A stretch of DNA of 15,205 bases from a bacterium (GTDB lineage Bacteria > Hydrothermota > 32-111). Shown here in pieces: positions 6,797 through 15,205 of this stretch. Under the pieces are notes generated by a model that did no database searches, was not told the origin of the DNA, and saw only the letters and a program-made list of their open reading frames with translations. Within the stretch, counting starts at the first letter, position 1. Every line of letters begins with the position of its first letter. The stretch is taken from contig JAWOBN010000109.1 of NCBI GenBank assembly GCA_046484245.1, positions 1 to 15,205 on the forward strand, written 5' to 3'. A program made the position numbers and the translations under genes.

Positions 6797-8680
6797 ATGA
6801 AAAAGATTCTTGTAATTTCATTACTCGTCCTTGCATTCATCATGGTGTTTGCAGGTGCAAATGAGCATTTTGCACCGAATATGCTGGATGCAAAGCCGAC
6901 AGCCCCTGCCGGTAAAGACAGCATGGCAGCAGCAGCAGGAGGAACAGCACTATACTGGCAAGGCGGCGCTTTCTCACTGTTCCCGGGTGTAGCATCAAAT
7001 ATTGCTTATGATACAATAAGCGGTTATGTACAGGTGGCAGCAGCAGCAGCTTATGGCGCTGGCGATGAATATTCACTGACATATTTTGCATCAGATGACA
7101 ATGGAGCAAACTGGACAGCAGGTGTTGACCTGTTCCCGTCAAATCACAGTGAGGCGCGTTCACTGAGCTGTTTTGCAATCTCACAGGACGGCTATCCTTA
7201 TGCTTATGCAAACTGGAGAAACGGCACAACAATAGGTGCATTCTTTGTAGCAGACCCCTCGGGTCCCAATGCAGGCGGATGGACATCACCGGTTTTAATT
7301 GGTGATACAATCAACTATGAGTCCAACAACTATTCAACAATAACAACCAATCCGGTTGGCGACAAGGTTGCATTCTTCGGCTGGAATGATTACTGGACAT
7401 TCAGCTCCACAGTCTCAGCAGATTACGGTTCATCATGGAGCACATACACAGACATTGTCTCACTCAATCCTGACAGCAATCCGGATATCTGGGTTTCAGA
7501 CATCAGCACAGTCCGCTGGGCAGACGGCGACAATGTATACGGCATGCTGGGCTTCACCCCTGCAGCCGACTCAATGGCTTATATGGCAGGGCAGGGAACA
7601 ACATTCGGTCTCTTCCAGTCATCAGACGGAGGAGAAACATACGGTTCAATATCACCTGTCTTTGACGGCACATGGTGGCCCAATGTTGACGGAATGGGCA
7701 CTGACTCATTCACATACATGATGGATACAATTGACAATGAGGATGCAACAGATGCATTTGCAGTCCAGGCATGGTATGACCCTGACCAGGGCATATTTGT
7801 TGATGAACTGGGCAATATAGACGCAATGGGCGTTGCCCCGGGCACATGGTGGCATAAATGGGATATGGAGTATGTCAATGGCAAACTCCATGTTGTAGCT
7901 CCCTTCCAGATGGTCACAGTTGATTATGTAACAGAGGGCGACCTCTATACATTCACGGATTACTGGGATAATATAATGTATGGTGTGATGGATATTGCAG
8001 GCGGAGAAACAGAATTCACATGGACATTCTGCGATGTGAAGTGTGAGGTTCTTGACACACTGGGCAATCTTGATTCATACAGGGGATTCCAGGGTTCATC
8101 ACAGCTCTCCTATGACTGGAGAAATGACGAGATGTATGTGGTTTATATGGATCTCTATGACACAGCAACAGGCGCAGGTTCACATGAACTCCTCAAGATT
8201 GAACAGAATGGAACAGTAAGAAGAGCAGTGACACCGCCGCTTGTCAACTCCAATGTATCCAATGCCCTTCAGGCAGCAAATATTGTTGATGAGGATGGCG
8301 TGATTCATCAGATATGGAGAACAGGTTCTGCTGATTCAATCTACTATGCAGGTATTGATGTAGATGATGTTGCTGACTGGGAAATCATCTATGACGGCAT
8401 AGAGAACAACACAGCAAGTAACAGCAATGCATTCTTCTCAGTTCCTTCAATCATAAGGGACAATGGCGAGGTTTCATTCTCCATTGCCAATACGGGCAAT
8501 GTAAGGGTCAGTCTTTATGATGTAGCAGGAAGAGAAGTAATGAATCTCATCAATAAAGAGTTCAGTGCAGGTACTCACAAGGTGAATATCAGTGCTAACA
8601 CACTTTCACAGGGAGTCTATTTCGCCACTATCATGACAGATAATGGCAGTGATTCCAAGAAAGTAATTATTGTTAAATAA
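6797..8680 (+). CDS. Secreted Asp-box (BNR) beta-propeller-like protein with a T9SS type A-like C-terminal sorting domain, 627 aa
   Basis: SD AGGAGGT then ATG 6797; signal peptide MKKILVISLLVLAFIMVFA; Asp-boxes SDDNGANW, SADYGSSW and SSDGGETY; CTD VRVSLYDVAGREV..L......GTH.V......LSQGVYF......SKKVIIVK*. Confidence 0.88.
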   Translation: MKKILVISLLVLAFIMVFAGANEHFAPNMLDAKPTAPAGKDSMAAAAGGTALYWQGGAFSLFPGVASNIAYDTISGYVQVAAAAAYGAGDEYSLTYFASDDNGANWTAGVDLFPSNHSEARSLSCFAISQDGYPYAYANWRNGTTIGAFFVADPSGPNAGGWTSPVLIGDTINYESNNYSTITTNPVGDKVAFFGWNDYWTFSSTVSADYGSSWSTYTDIVSLNPDSNPDIWVSDISTVRWADGDNVYGMLGFTPAADSMAYMAGQGTTFGLFQSSDGGETYGSISPVFDGTWWPNVDGMGTDSFTYMMDTIDNEDATDAFAVQAWYDPDQGIFVDELGNIDAMGVAPGTWWHKWDMEYVNGKLHVVAPFQMVTVDYVTEGDLYTFTDYWDNIMYGVMDIAGGETEFTWTFCDVKCEVLDTLGNLDSYRGFQGSSQLSYDWRNDEMYVVYMDLYDTATGAGSHELLKIEQNGTVRRAVTPPLVNSNVSNALQAANIVDEDGVIHQIWRTGSADSIYYAGIDVDDVADWEIIYDGIENNTASNSNAFFSVPSIIRDNGEVSFSIANTGNVRVSLYDVAGREVMNLINKEFSAGTHKVNISANTLSQGVYFATIMTDNGSDSKKVIIVK

Positions 8681-8695
8681 GAGATTCTTAAATAA

Positions 8696-8727
8696 CAAGG
8701 GGGGCTTTAATGCCCTCCTTGATTTTC
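8696..8727 (+). terminator. Intergenic stem-loop (weak intrinsic terminator or mRNA stabiliser)
   Basis: CAAGGGGGGC-TTTAAT-GCCCTCCTTG (10-bp stem, one G-U pair) followed by ATTTTC. Confidence 0.65.
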
Positions 8728-8755
8728 AAAAAATATCACAACAAGGAGAGTAGAT

Positions 8756-11700
8756 ATGTTCCTAAAAAGAGGATTTCTCTACTCCGTTATTTTTGCCTTA
8801 ATACTACTATTTGCATTAAATTTATCAGCAGCTGTAACAGGCAAAATAACAGGTAGAGTCATCGACAAGCAGACCAAAGAAGGGCTTCCGGGTGTCAATG
8901 TGATCATTCCGGAACTTCAAATGGGTGCTGCCACTGATGCTGACGGATATTATTTCATCCTGAATGTACCTGTCGGAACATATACGGTTCAGGCTCAGAT
9001 GATAACTTATTCACCTGTAACAGTTGAAGGTGTTGATGTCAGTGCGGATATAACCACGACAGTCAACTTTGAACTCCTCCCTCAGGCAATTGAGGTTGAG
9101 GGTGTTACTGTTACAGCAAGGAAGAAACTCGTTGAGACAAATGTCACATCAAAGGAAAGGACAATTGACGAGCAGTTTCTTGAAGAGATGAGCGGAACCG
9201 ATATTATGTCAGTAGTTGCAACCAATGCCGGTGTTTCCGGAGAGGGCCAGGCTCTGCATGTCAGAGGCGGCCGAGTTGATGAGGTGGGTTATATGGTTGA
9301 CGGTATGTCAGTCGCGGACCCGACCAATAAGTCAATGGGTGCAACAATAAACAAGAATGCTGTTGAGGAGATAAAGATAATGACCGGCGGATTCTCCGCA
9401 GAATACGGTGAAGCAATGTCCGGTGTTGTCAATATTGTCACAAAGGAAGGCGGCAAGAAGTACAATGGCCAGGTCAAATATGAGGGCAATTCATTCCTCC
9501 CCGAGGATATGAATTACGGTGACAACAGAATGGAATTGTCACTGGGAGGACCCCTCTTTACAGACAAGGCAAGATTCTTCATGTCCGGTGACGCCAGTTC
9601 AACAAATGACTGGGGACCGAGATTCCATGAAACACCCGATTTCTTCTATGAGGGTGACTCGGCATTTGTCTGGGATCTGTATGAGTACAGTACTGTCTAT
9701 GATGACAGTTTAGGCCGTTATGTGCTTAATATAGATACAACAACAAGGGTCTGGGCTGATGATTCAGTGCCTTATTTCTACAATAATCAGGATACATTCT
9801 ATTTTGATTCAGCCTCGCAGTTCAATGCAGATGAATATGACACAGCAAGCTATGATTCAACTGAGATGGAATGGGTTGCACTGATAAACAGGCCGGATGT
9901 TGATACTGTTATTGACAACAGATACGGGCCTGATTACTGGAGTGACCTTGGTCCGGCAATGCCCCATCATAAATCACATGAGTATCATGGTCAGCTGAAA
10001 TTTACATTCAAGCCGACCAATAATATAAAGGTCAATGTGGGCGGTTTCCTGTCCCATCAGTCAATGCAGAATTACGCCAATGCACTGAAATACAATCTTG
10101 AGAAGTATATTTCAAGAAATATTGACGGATATCAGGGCAATGCTACAGTCAACTGGATGCTCAATGACAGGAATTTCTTCACATTGAGAGGCAGTTATTT
10201 CTATACTTCAACCACAGTAGCTCCTGAATTCTTTGAACCCATAGAGTACACTGATGAAAACGGCGATAAGCAGTATTATGAGCCCCCGGAACAGACAATA
10301 CCTGAATGGTATGAATTCTGGAAACCGTACGGGCTTGTTGATACAACTCAGTTCAAGGAACTCCCGTCAAACAGGGATAAGTGGAGATACAATTCACCAT
10401 GGGGATACTGGAGTGCTGCAACAGTCAGAACACAGTACATATATCCCAATTATTACGGTTATATGAATTACAGATTCTCCAATTACTGGTCACTGAAGGG
10501 TGACTGGACCAGTCAGATAGGAAGAAATCACGAGGTGAAAGCCGGATTCCAGTACAAGGATTACGAGCTTTTCCAGTTTGACCTCTATCTGCCGTGGGAC
10601 CCCAATCCATTTGAGGATGACTATAATGTCTTCCCCAGCCAGATATCGGGTTATGTCCAGGATAAGATGGAGTTTGAAGGCATGATTGTTAATGTGGGCA
10701 TGAGATTTGATTATCTCTCATCCAATACACCGTATTATGTGGATCCTCTTGATGTCACAGTGCCTCTATACAGGTCAGACACAATAATTAACGGTGCGGA
10801 CACAACAATAACCTTTGAACCCAATACAATAAGCAGTGATACTACTATTGAACAGGGTGATTCAACAATCACAGTGAGGCCCGATGAATGGAATGTGCAG
10901 ATTGCTGATGTGAAGTATCAGTTCTCTCCGCGTCTGGGAATCTCACATCCCATAACGGAGACATCAGTACTGCATTTCAATTACGGTCATTTCTTCCAGA
11001 CACCGCAGATGGATTATCTGTTCAGCGGTATAGGTGTCAATATTGCCAAGAGGGGCAATTCACTGGTCGGTGACCCCAATCTCGGAGCTGAAAAGACAAT
11101 TGCCTATGAAATAGGAGTAGCAACCCAGATCGGCAATGATATGGCAATTGACTTCACATCTTACTATAAGGATATTTACGGTCTTATTGGTTCAAGAAAG
11201 GTATATTCAATCCCGCAGACATACTATGCCTATCAGAATGTTGAATACGGCAATGTCAAGGGATTTGAAGTGGCTTTCCAGAGAACAGGCAAGTATTTCT
11301 CCGGTAATGCAACATACACACTCTCATTTGCAAAGGGCACAGCCTCTGATGCATTTGAAGGGTATGAGATGAATTACTACTATACTGACCCTGTTACAGG
11401 TTCAGGCTACAGTATGCCCAAGATACCGTATTACCTCTCTTATGATCAGAGGCATATAGTGAATCTCGTAATGACATTCAGAATGCCGCAGGGCGAACTC
11501 CCTGTCTATGCTGACAACTGGTCTCTTACACTGAATAACAATATTGCCAGCGGAAGACCATATACACCGGAGAATCTCAAGGGCATAATGACAGGCACAA
11601 AGAACAGTGAGAGGATGCCGTGGACATTCACTACGGATTTGAAATTCAGAAAGGGAATCAATATAGGACCGATTACACCGAATTTCTATGTACAGGTGTC

Positions 11701-11977
11701 AAATCTCTTCAATATCAAGAATATTGAGGGTGTCTATGTCACAACAGGACTGCCTGATACTGACGGCAGCATATCATCGTGGAAAGTGTCTGACTGGCCT
11801 GAGACAAGTATAGGAGACCCCGGTTATGATGTGAGAAGAGACCTGGACAAGGATGGTGTCTGCACCTCAGAGGAATTCTATGAGGCAGCAGTAGCAGCAT
11901 ATAAAGATCAACTTAATGCACCGACAAATTATTCTGCACCGAGAATTGTCACTGTCGGTCTTGAATTCTCGTTCTAA
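8756..11977 (+). CDS. TonB-dependent outer-membrane receptor with an N-terminal carboxypeptidase-regulatory-like domain
   Basis: Signal peptide; TGKITGRVID..T.E.LPGVNV...GAATDADGYYFILNVPVGTY; TonB-box-like EGVTVTA; plug motifs HVRGGR.DEV.YMVDG and GGFSAEYGEAMSGVVNIVTKEG; barrel motifs SPRLGISHPI and PNLGAEKTIAYEIG; terminal GLEFSF; SD AAGGAG. Confidence 0.95.
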   Translation: MFLKRGFLYSVIFALILLFALNLSAAVTGKITGRVIDKQTKEGLPGVNVIIPELQMGAATDADGYYFILNVPVGTYTVQAQMITYSPVTVEGVDVSADITTTVNFELLPQAIEVEGVTVTARKKLVETNVTSKERTIDEQFLEEMSGTDIMSVVATNAGVSGEGQALHVRGGRVDEVGYMVDGMSVADPTNKSMGATINKNAVEEIKIMTGGFSAEYGEAMSGVVNIVTKEGGKKYNGQVKYEGNSFLPEDMNYGDNRMELSLGGPLFTDKARFFMSGDASSTNDWGPRFHETPDFFYEGDSAFVWDLYEYSTVYDDSLGRYVLNIDTTTRVWADDSVPYFYNNQDTFYFDSASQFNADEYDTASYDSTEMEWVALINRPDVDTVIDNRYGPDYWSDLGPAMPHHKSHEYHGQLKFTFKPTNNIKVNVGGFLSHQSMQNYANALKYNLEKYISRNIDGYQGNATVNWMLNDRNFFTLRGSYFYTSTTVAPEFFEPIEYTDENGDKQYYEPPEQTIPEWYEFWKPYGLVDTTQFKELPSNRDKWRYNSPWGYWSAATVRTQYIYPNYYGYMNYRFSNYWSLKGDWTSQIGRNHEVKAGFQYKDYELFQFDLYLPWDPNPFEDDYNVFPSQISGYVQDKMEFEGMIVNVGMRFDYLSSNTPYYVDPLDVTVPLYRSDTIINGADTTITFEPNTISSDTTIEQGDSTITVRPDEWNVQIADVKYQFSPRLGISHPITETSVLHFNYGHFFQTPQMDYLFSGIGVNIAKRGNSLVGDPNLGAEKTIAYEIGVATQIGNDMAIDFTSYYKDIYGLIGSRKVYSIPQTYYAYQNVEYGNVKGFEVAFQRTGKYFSGNATYTLSFAKGTASDAFEGYEMNYYYTDPVTGSGYSMPKIPYYLSYDQRHIVNLVMTFRMPQGELPVYADNWSLTLNNNIASGRPYTPENLKGIMTGTKNSERMPWTFTTDLKFRKGINIGPITPNFYVQVSNLFNIKNIEGVYVTTGLPDTDGSISSWKVSDWPETSIGDPGYDVRRDLDKDGVCTSEEFYEAAVAAYKDQLNAPTNYSAPRIVTVGLEFSF

Positions 11978-11992
11978 TTATGGAGGAATGCT

Positions 11993-14900
11993 ATGAATAA
12001 ATGTTTAAGAACAATTCTAATTATATTAACTGCACTGATCATCATTCTTCCATTAAGCGCCAGAACAGCTTCAGATATACAGCCGGAAACAGGCAGGAAA
12101 TGGGACATGGATTGGGCTGATATCAATCAGCTCAATATGACCATTACCAATTACGGTATTTTCGGCCACAATGTTGAAACAGGCAATGCTGGCGGATATT
12201 GGCCATCCGGATACCCGGCTGAAAACTACATCTACGGAGCCGGTATTTGGTTTGGCGCACTGGTGGAAGAAATAGAAATAAATACAAATGAAGACGGTAC
12301 AGCAGACACTGTGGTAACCGGTGTGGACACACTTGTATCAGTGGGCTACAATCCCAATTCCGGTGCAAGTGAAATGTGCCCCGGAAGCGGAGAGAATGAA
12401 CCGGGTTATAATGATCCCAATGAAGCAGTATACAAATCAACAGCCAACTGGCCTCCAATGGATCTCCAAGGAGAAGTGATATATGATTCAACTGTGTCAA
12501 TGCAGGATATATTTGTCCATTATTCGGACAAAGACCCTGCTCAACATTTTACAGAAGAGAATCTCCCGCTCGGCATTGAGGTATATCAGACAACTTATGC
12601 ATGGGTAGGCCCGCTCAAGGAAGATATTATCTTCATGCAGTTTGAAATAGAGAATGACAATGAAGAGGGCAGTGCACTGAATAACTGCTTTATGGCAGTG
12701 ACAACTGACTGTGATATCGGCAATGAGTCAGGCAGTGCTGCCAATGACCTGCTGGGATTTATTGACACAATGACAATTGACGGTGAGCTGAATCAGATGG
12801 CTCTGGGATATCAGTTCCAGACAGAGTCAGAAGGCGGATGGGCTCATGCACCCGGTATTGTCGCATTCAAATACATGGAGTCACCCCTGGCAACCGAGCA
12901 GGTTGATGTGTATCACAATGGTGAAGTGCTTATTGACAGCGGACAGCAGCTTGGTATGACTGCATTCAGATACTTCACACTTGCAACAGACCCCGGTACA
13001 AAGGAAGAGAGGTATCAGGTGCTTGCAGGATACAATCATCTGAATTTTGACCCCAATGCACCGGAACAGTCATTCCGGCCATTCCCCACAGCAGATGACT
13101 GGGGCGGCGGCGTATCCGGGTATCCGGGTGTCAGTGAAGCAGAGGAAAGGGCAGGCGACAAGCGTTTCTGCATGTCATCAGGCCCGTTTACAATGCCTCA
13201 CGGCACTTCACAGAAGATTGTCGTTGCTGCAATGGTGGCACGTGATGTCAGTGAGCTGCTGGATAAGGCAATCACTGCACAGTCAGTGTATGATGCAGGA
13301 TTCAAGGGCCCTGTTGCCCCTGAACAGGTATCATTCTCAATCAAAGGAAAGAATGGCAGAGCAGTCCTTTACTGGGACAATACAGTAGAACAGATCCCCG
13401 ATCCTTATTTTGAGGATGCAGGTGACCCGTCATCACTGCTGTACAATCCGGCATACCGTGAATACGATGTTGTCGGTTACAGGATTTACAGGTCCAGGAC
13501 AGGCTCAGGCGGAACATGGGACCAGATAGCTCAATTTGACCTCATTGATGATTATACTGTTGTTATATGGGATTCAATAATCACATACAACAGCAGTGGC
13601 AATGCAAGCATAGAGTATATCAAAGAGACACTGGGCACTAATACTGGTGTTCCCTATGTATTTGTTGACTCCAATCTGACCAATGGACTGACTTATTATT
13701 ATCAGATAACTGCTTATGATTACAATTTCAATGCCTTTACTGTTGATCCGAGCGGGGATACAGTGGGAGCACAGCCACTTATACTGGAGAGTGCAGGCAA
13801 GAAAGAGGCAGTTATGCCGAGAATAGTACCGTCCAATTACACTGAAGCTGAGTACACAGCTGTTATGGACAGTACTACATTCAGGGATATTGATTATTAC
13901 AGTGACACGATCTTTGATATTGATACAACTGTTACACCATATGACACAACAATTGTGTCTGTAACAATTGATTCAGTCAAGCTTGGTGATATTATTCCTC
14001 ATCCGGTCAATCAGGAAGCAATGGAGCTCCTCATAAGGCCTGTTGTTGATACACTTATATCCGACCTGGAAGCCGGTGAATTCTTTATAATGAAGTTTGA
14101 CGGTATTGAGAATAATCCGGCAGATGAGCAAGTACCCTCTTATGCATACAGTGTATATAAGGTATCAGGGAATGATACTGTAAAGGTCGGCAGGAAACAG
14201 ATGATTATGGAAGCTTACACAAAGGTGCTTGATGACGGCAATACAGCTGATATATGGAAGCGGAAAGCCAGTGAAGCTGTCACATCCGACGGTATTGCAT
14301 TTGATGTATCTGATTATGAGCTCTTCCATAAGACATGGACGCTTTCATCAGATGTGAGGAATATGCTCATTGAGGGCTCGTATGATCCTTCAATTGTCAA
14401 ACTTGATGAACAAGGCAGACCTTTCTTCCATGGTTCCGGATGGTATAAGATCACATGGAAAGAGGAAACAGTAGATGATACTCTTAACCTCACATGTGAA
14501 GTAATGGATATGCAGAATCAGATGGAAATTGAATATGATTCAATTGCTAAAGCTGACTGCTGGCATTTTAATAATTCAACAACAAAGGGACCGTACACCG
14601 AGTACATCAATGAGAATTCAGGAGACCCGCTTAAGGGTATGTATCTTTCCGGATTCAAGATTGATTTCAATAATACAGGCAGGGTCTTACCCATGGTATG
14701 GGATGACAGGCCTGCTGATGGTGATGAATGGCATATTGTCTTGAACGAATTGCCTGATACCACTGATTTTGATATGCCGCCGGTTGGAGCTGTTTACAAT
14801 ATCACTGTTGATAAATACCAGTATGCGGCAAACACTGATTCAATTCTTGAAAATGTGAAGGTTGTTCCCAATCCTTATGTTGTAAGAAGTGAATTCGGTT

Positions 14901-15187
14901 CTGACTATAACTACAGAAAACTCTATTTCACCAATTTGCCCAGTAAATGTACAATAAGCATATACACCCTTTCAGGGGATCTGGTAAAGACACTGGAGCA
15001 TGATGTTGAGTTCTACAGGAAGGAATCGTCCAGTGATTCAACTCTCGTGAAGGATGTAACAAACGGACAGGTAGAATGGAATATTCTTACAGAGAATGAC
15101 CAGATACCTGCGCCCGGGCTGTACCTCTATCAGGTCCAGACACCGGATAATGCTAAACATATCGGCAAATTTGCTATTATCAAGTAG
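11993..15187 (+). CDS. Large secreted protein with an FN3-like domain and a T9SS/FlgD-Ig-like C-terminal domain, 1064 aa
   Basis: SD GGAGG; signal peptide; N-domain DINQLNMTITNYG...WPSG...YIYGAGIWFGA; FN3-like P.AP...LYWDN...GYRIYRS...FVDSNLTNGLTYYYQITAYD; CTD VKVVPNPY...LYFTNLPSKCTISIYTLSGDLVKTL...WNILT......PGLYLYQV...GKFAIIK*. Confidence 0.88.
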   Translation: MNKCLRTILIILTALIIILPLSARTASDIQPETGRKWDMDWADINQLNMTITNYGIFGHNVETGNAGGYWPSGYPAENYIYGAGIWFGALVEEIEINTNEDGTADTVVTGVDTLVSVGYNPNSGASEMCPGSGENEPGYNDPNEAVYKSTANWPPMDLQGEVIYDSTVSMQDIFVHYSDKDPAQHFTEENLPLGIEVYQTTYAWVGPLKEDIIFMQFEIENDNEEGSALNNCFMAVTTDCDIGNESGSAANDLLGFIDTMTIDGELNQMALGYQFQTESEGGWAHAPGIVAFKYMESPLATEQVDVYHNGEVLIDSGQQLGMTAFRYFTLATDPGTKEERYQVLAGYNHLNFDPNAPEQSFRPFPTADDWGGGVSGYPGVSEAEERAGDKRFCMSSGPFTMPHGTSQKIVVAAMVARDVSELLDKAITAQSVYDAGFKGPVAPEQVSFSIKGKNGRAVLYWDNTVEQIPDPYFEDAGDPSSLLYNPAYREYDVVGYRIYRSRTGSGGTWDQIAQFDLIDDYTVVIWDSIITYNSSGNASIEYIKETLGTNTGVPYVFVDSNLTNGLTYYYQITAYDYNFNAFTVDPSGDTVGAQPLILESAGKKEAVMPRIVPSNYTEAEYTAVMDSTTFRDIDYYSDTIFDIDTTVTPYDTTIVSVTIDSVKLGDIIPHPVNQEAMELLIRPVVDTLISDLEAGEFFIMKFDGIENNPADEQVPSYAYSVYKVSGNDTVKVGRKQMIMEAYTKVLDDGNTADIWKRKASEAVTSDGIAFDVSDYELFHKTWTLSSDVRNMLIEGSYDPSIVKLDEQGRPFFHGSGWYKITWKEETVDDTLNLTCEVMDMQNQMEIEYDSIAKADCWHFNNSTTKGPYTEYINENSGDPLKGMYLSGFKIDFNNTGRVLPMVWDDRPADGDEWHIVLNELPDTTDFDMPPVGAVYNITVDKYQYAANTDSILENVKVVPNPYVVRSEFGSDYNYRKLYFTNLPSKCTISIYTLSGDLVKTLEHDVEFYRKESSSDSTLVKDVTNGQVEWNILTENDQIPAPGLYLYQVQTPDNAKHIGKFAIIK

Positions 15188-15195
15188 GAGGCACT

Positions 15196-15205
15196 ATGAA
15201 GAAAT
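15196..15205 (+). CDS. Start of the next operon gene (MKK..., probably a signal peptide), truncated by the window
   Basis: AGGAGG at 15186-15191 overlaps the upstream TAG and is followed by ATG AAG AAA. Confidence 0.7.

Noticed and set aside
6086..6836. Minus-strand ORFs 6086-6574, 6099-6416 and 6546-6836
   Set aside because: They are antisense shadows of HU, bS22 and the tRNA; their F/L/S richness mirrors the purine-rich + strand.
6797..8680. Annotation as a sialidase
   Set aside because: Asp-boxes alone are not diagnostic, and no RIP motif or Arg triad is evident.
1047..14763. Remaining short nested ORFs within uvrB, the ligase, the TBDR and the secreted proteins
   Set aside because: They are fully embedded in well-supported long CDSs and show no recognisable motifs.
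8756..15187. Classical SusC/SusD pair
   Set aside because: The downstream protein has no lipobox at the end of its signal peptide and no SusD/TPR character; it has FN3 and CTD domains instead.

Overview
All credible genes are on the + strand of a Gram-negative bacterium. It is most likely a non-Bacteroidota member of the FCB superphylum (WOR-3/TA06-like); this is inferred from T9SS-type C-terminal domains and a Bacteroidota-type bS22 occurring together with canonical TTGACA-N17-TAAAAT promoters and strong Shine-Dalgarno sites. In order, the window holds: (1) the 3' part of a Gly/Asn low-complexity membrane protein, which the ORF track calls in the wrong frame, translationally coupled to uvrB; (2) a 711-bp intergenic mosaic of short tandem repeats containing a 39-bp inverted repeat pair and a degenerate GTAG REP-like palindrome; (3) a lipoprotein, a long-chain acyl-CoA ligase and an overlapping LptE-like lipoprotein; (4) an HU/IHF - bS22 (30 aa, missed by the ORF track) - tRNA-Arg(CCG) unit; (5) a large outer-membrane operon encoding an Asp-box protein with a T9SS-type CTD, a TonB-dependent receptor with a C-terminal EF-hand-like loop, a 1064-aa secreted FN3/CTD protein, and a further gene starting at the window edge. 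The best candidates for an undescribed system are the SusD-less TBDR/T9SS-cargo operon, which is dense in D-S/T-x sequons, and the intergenic repeat mosaic.
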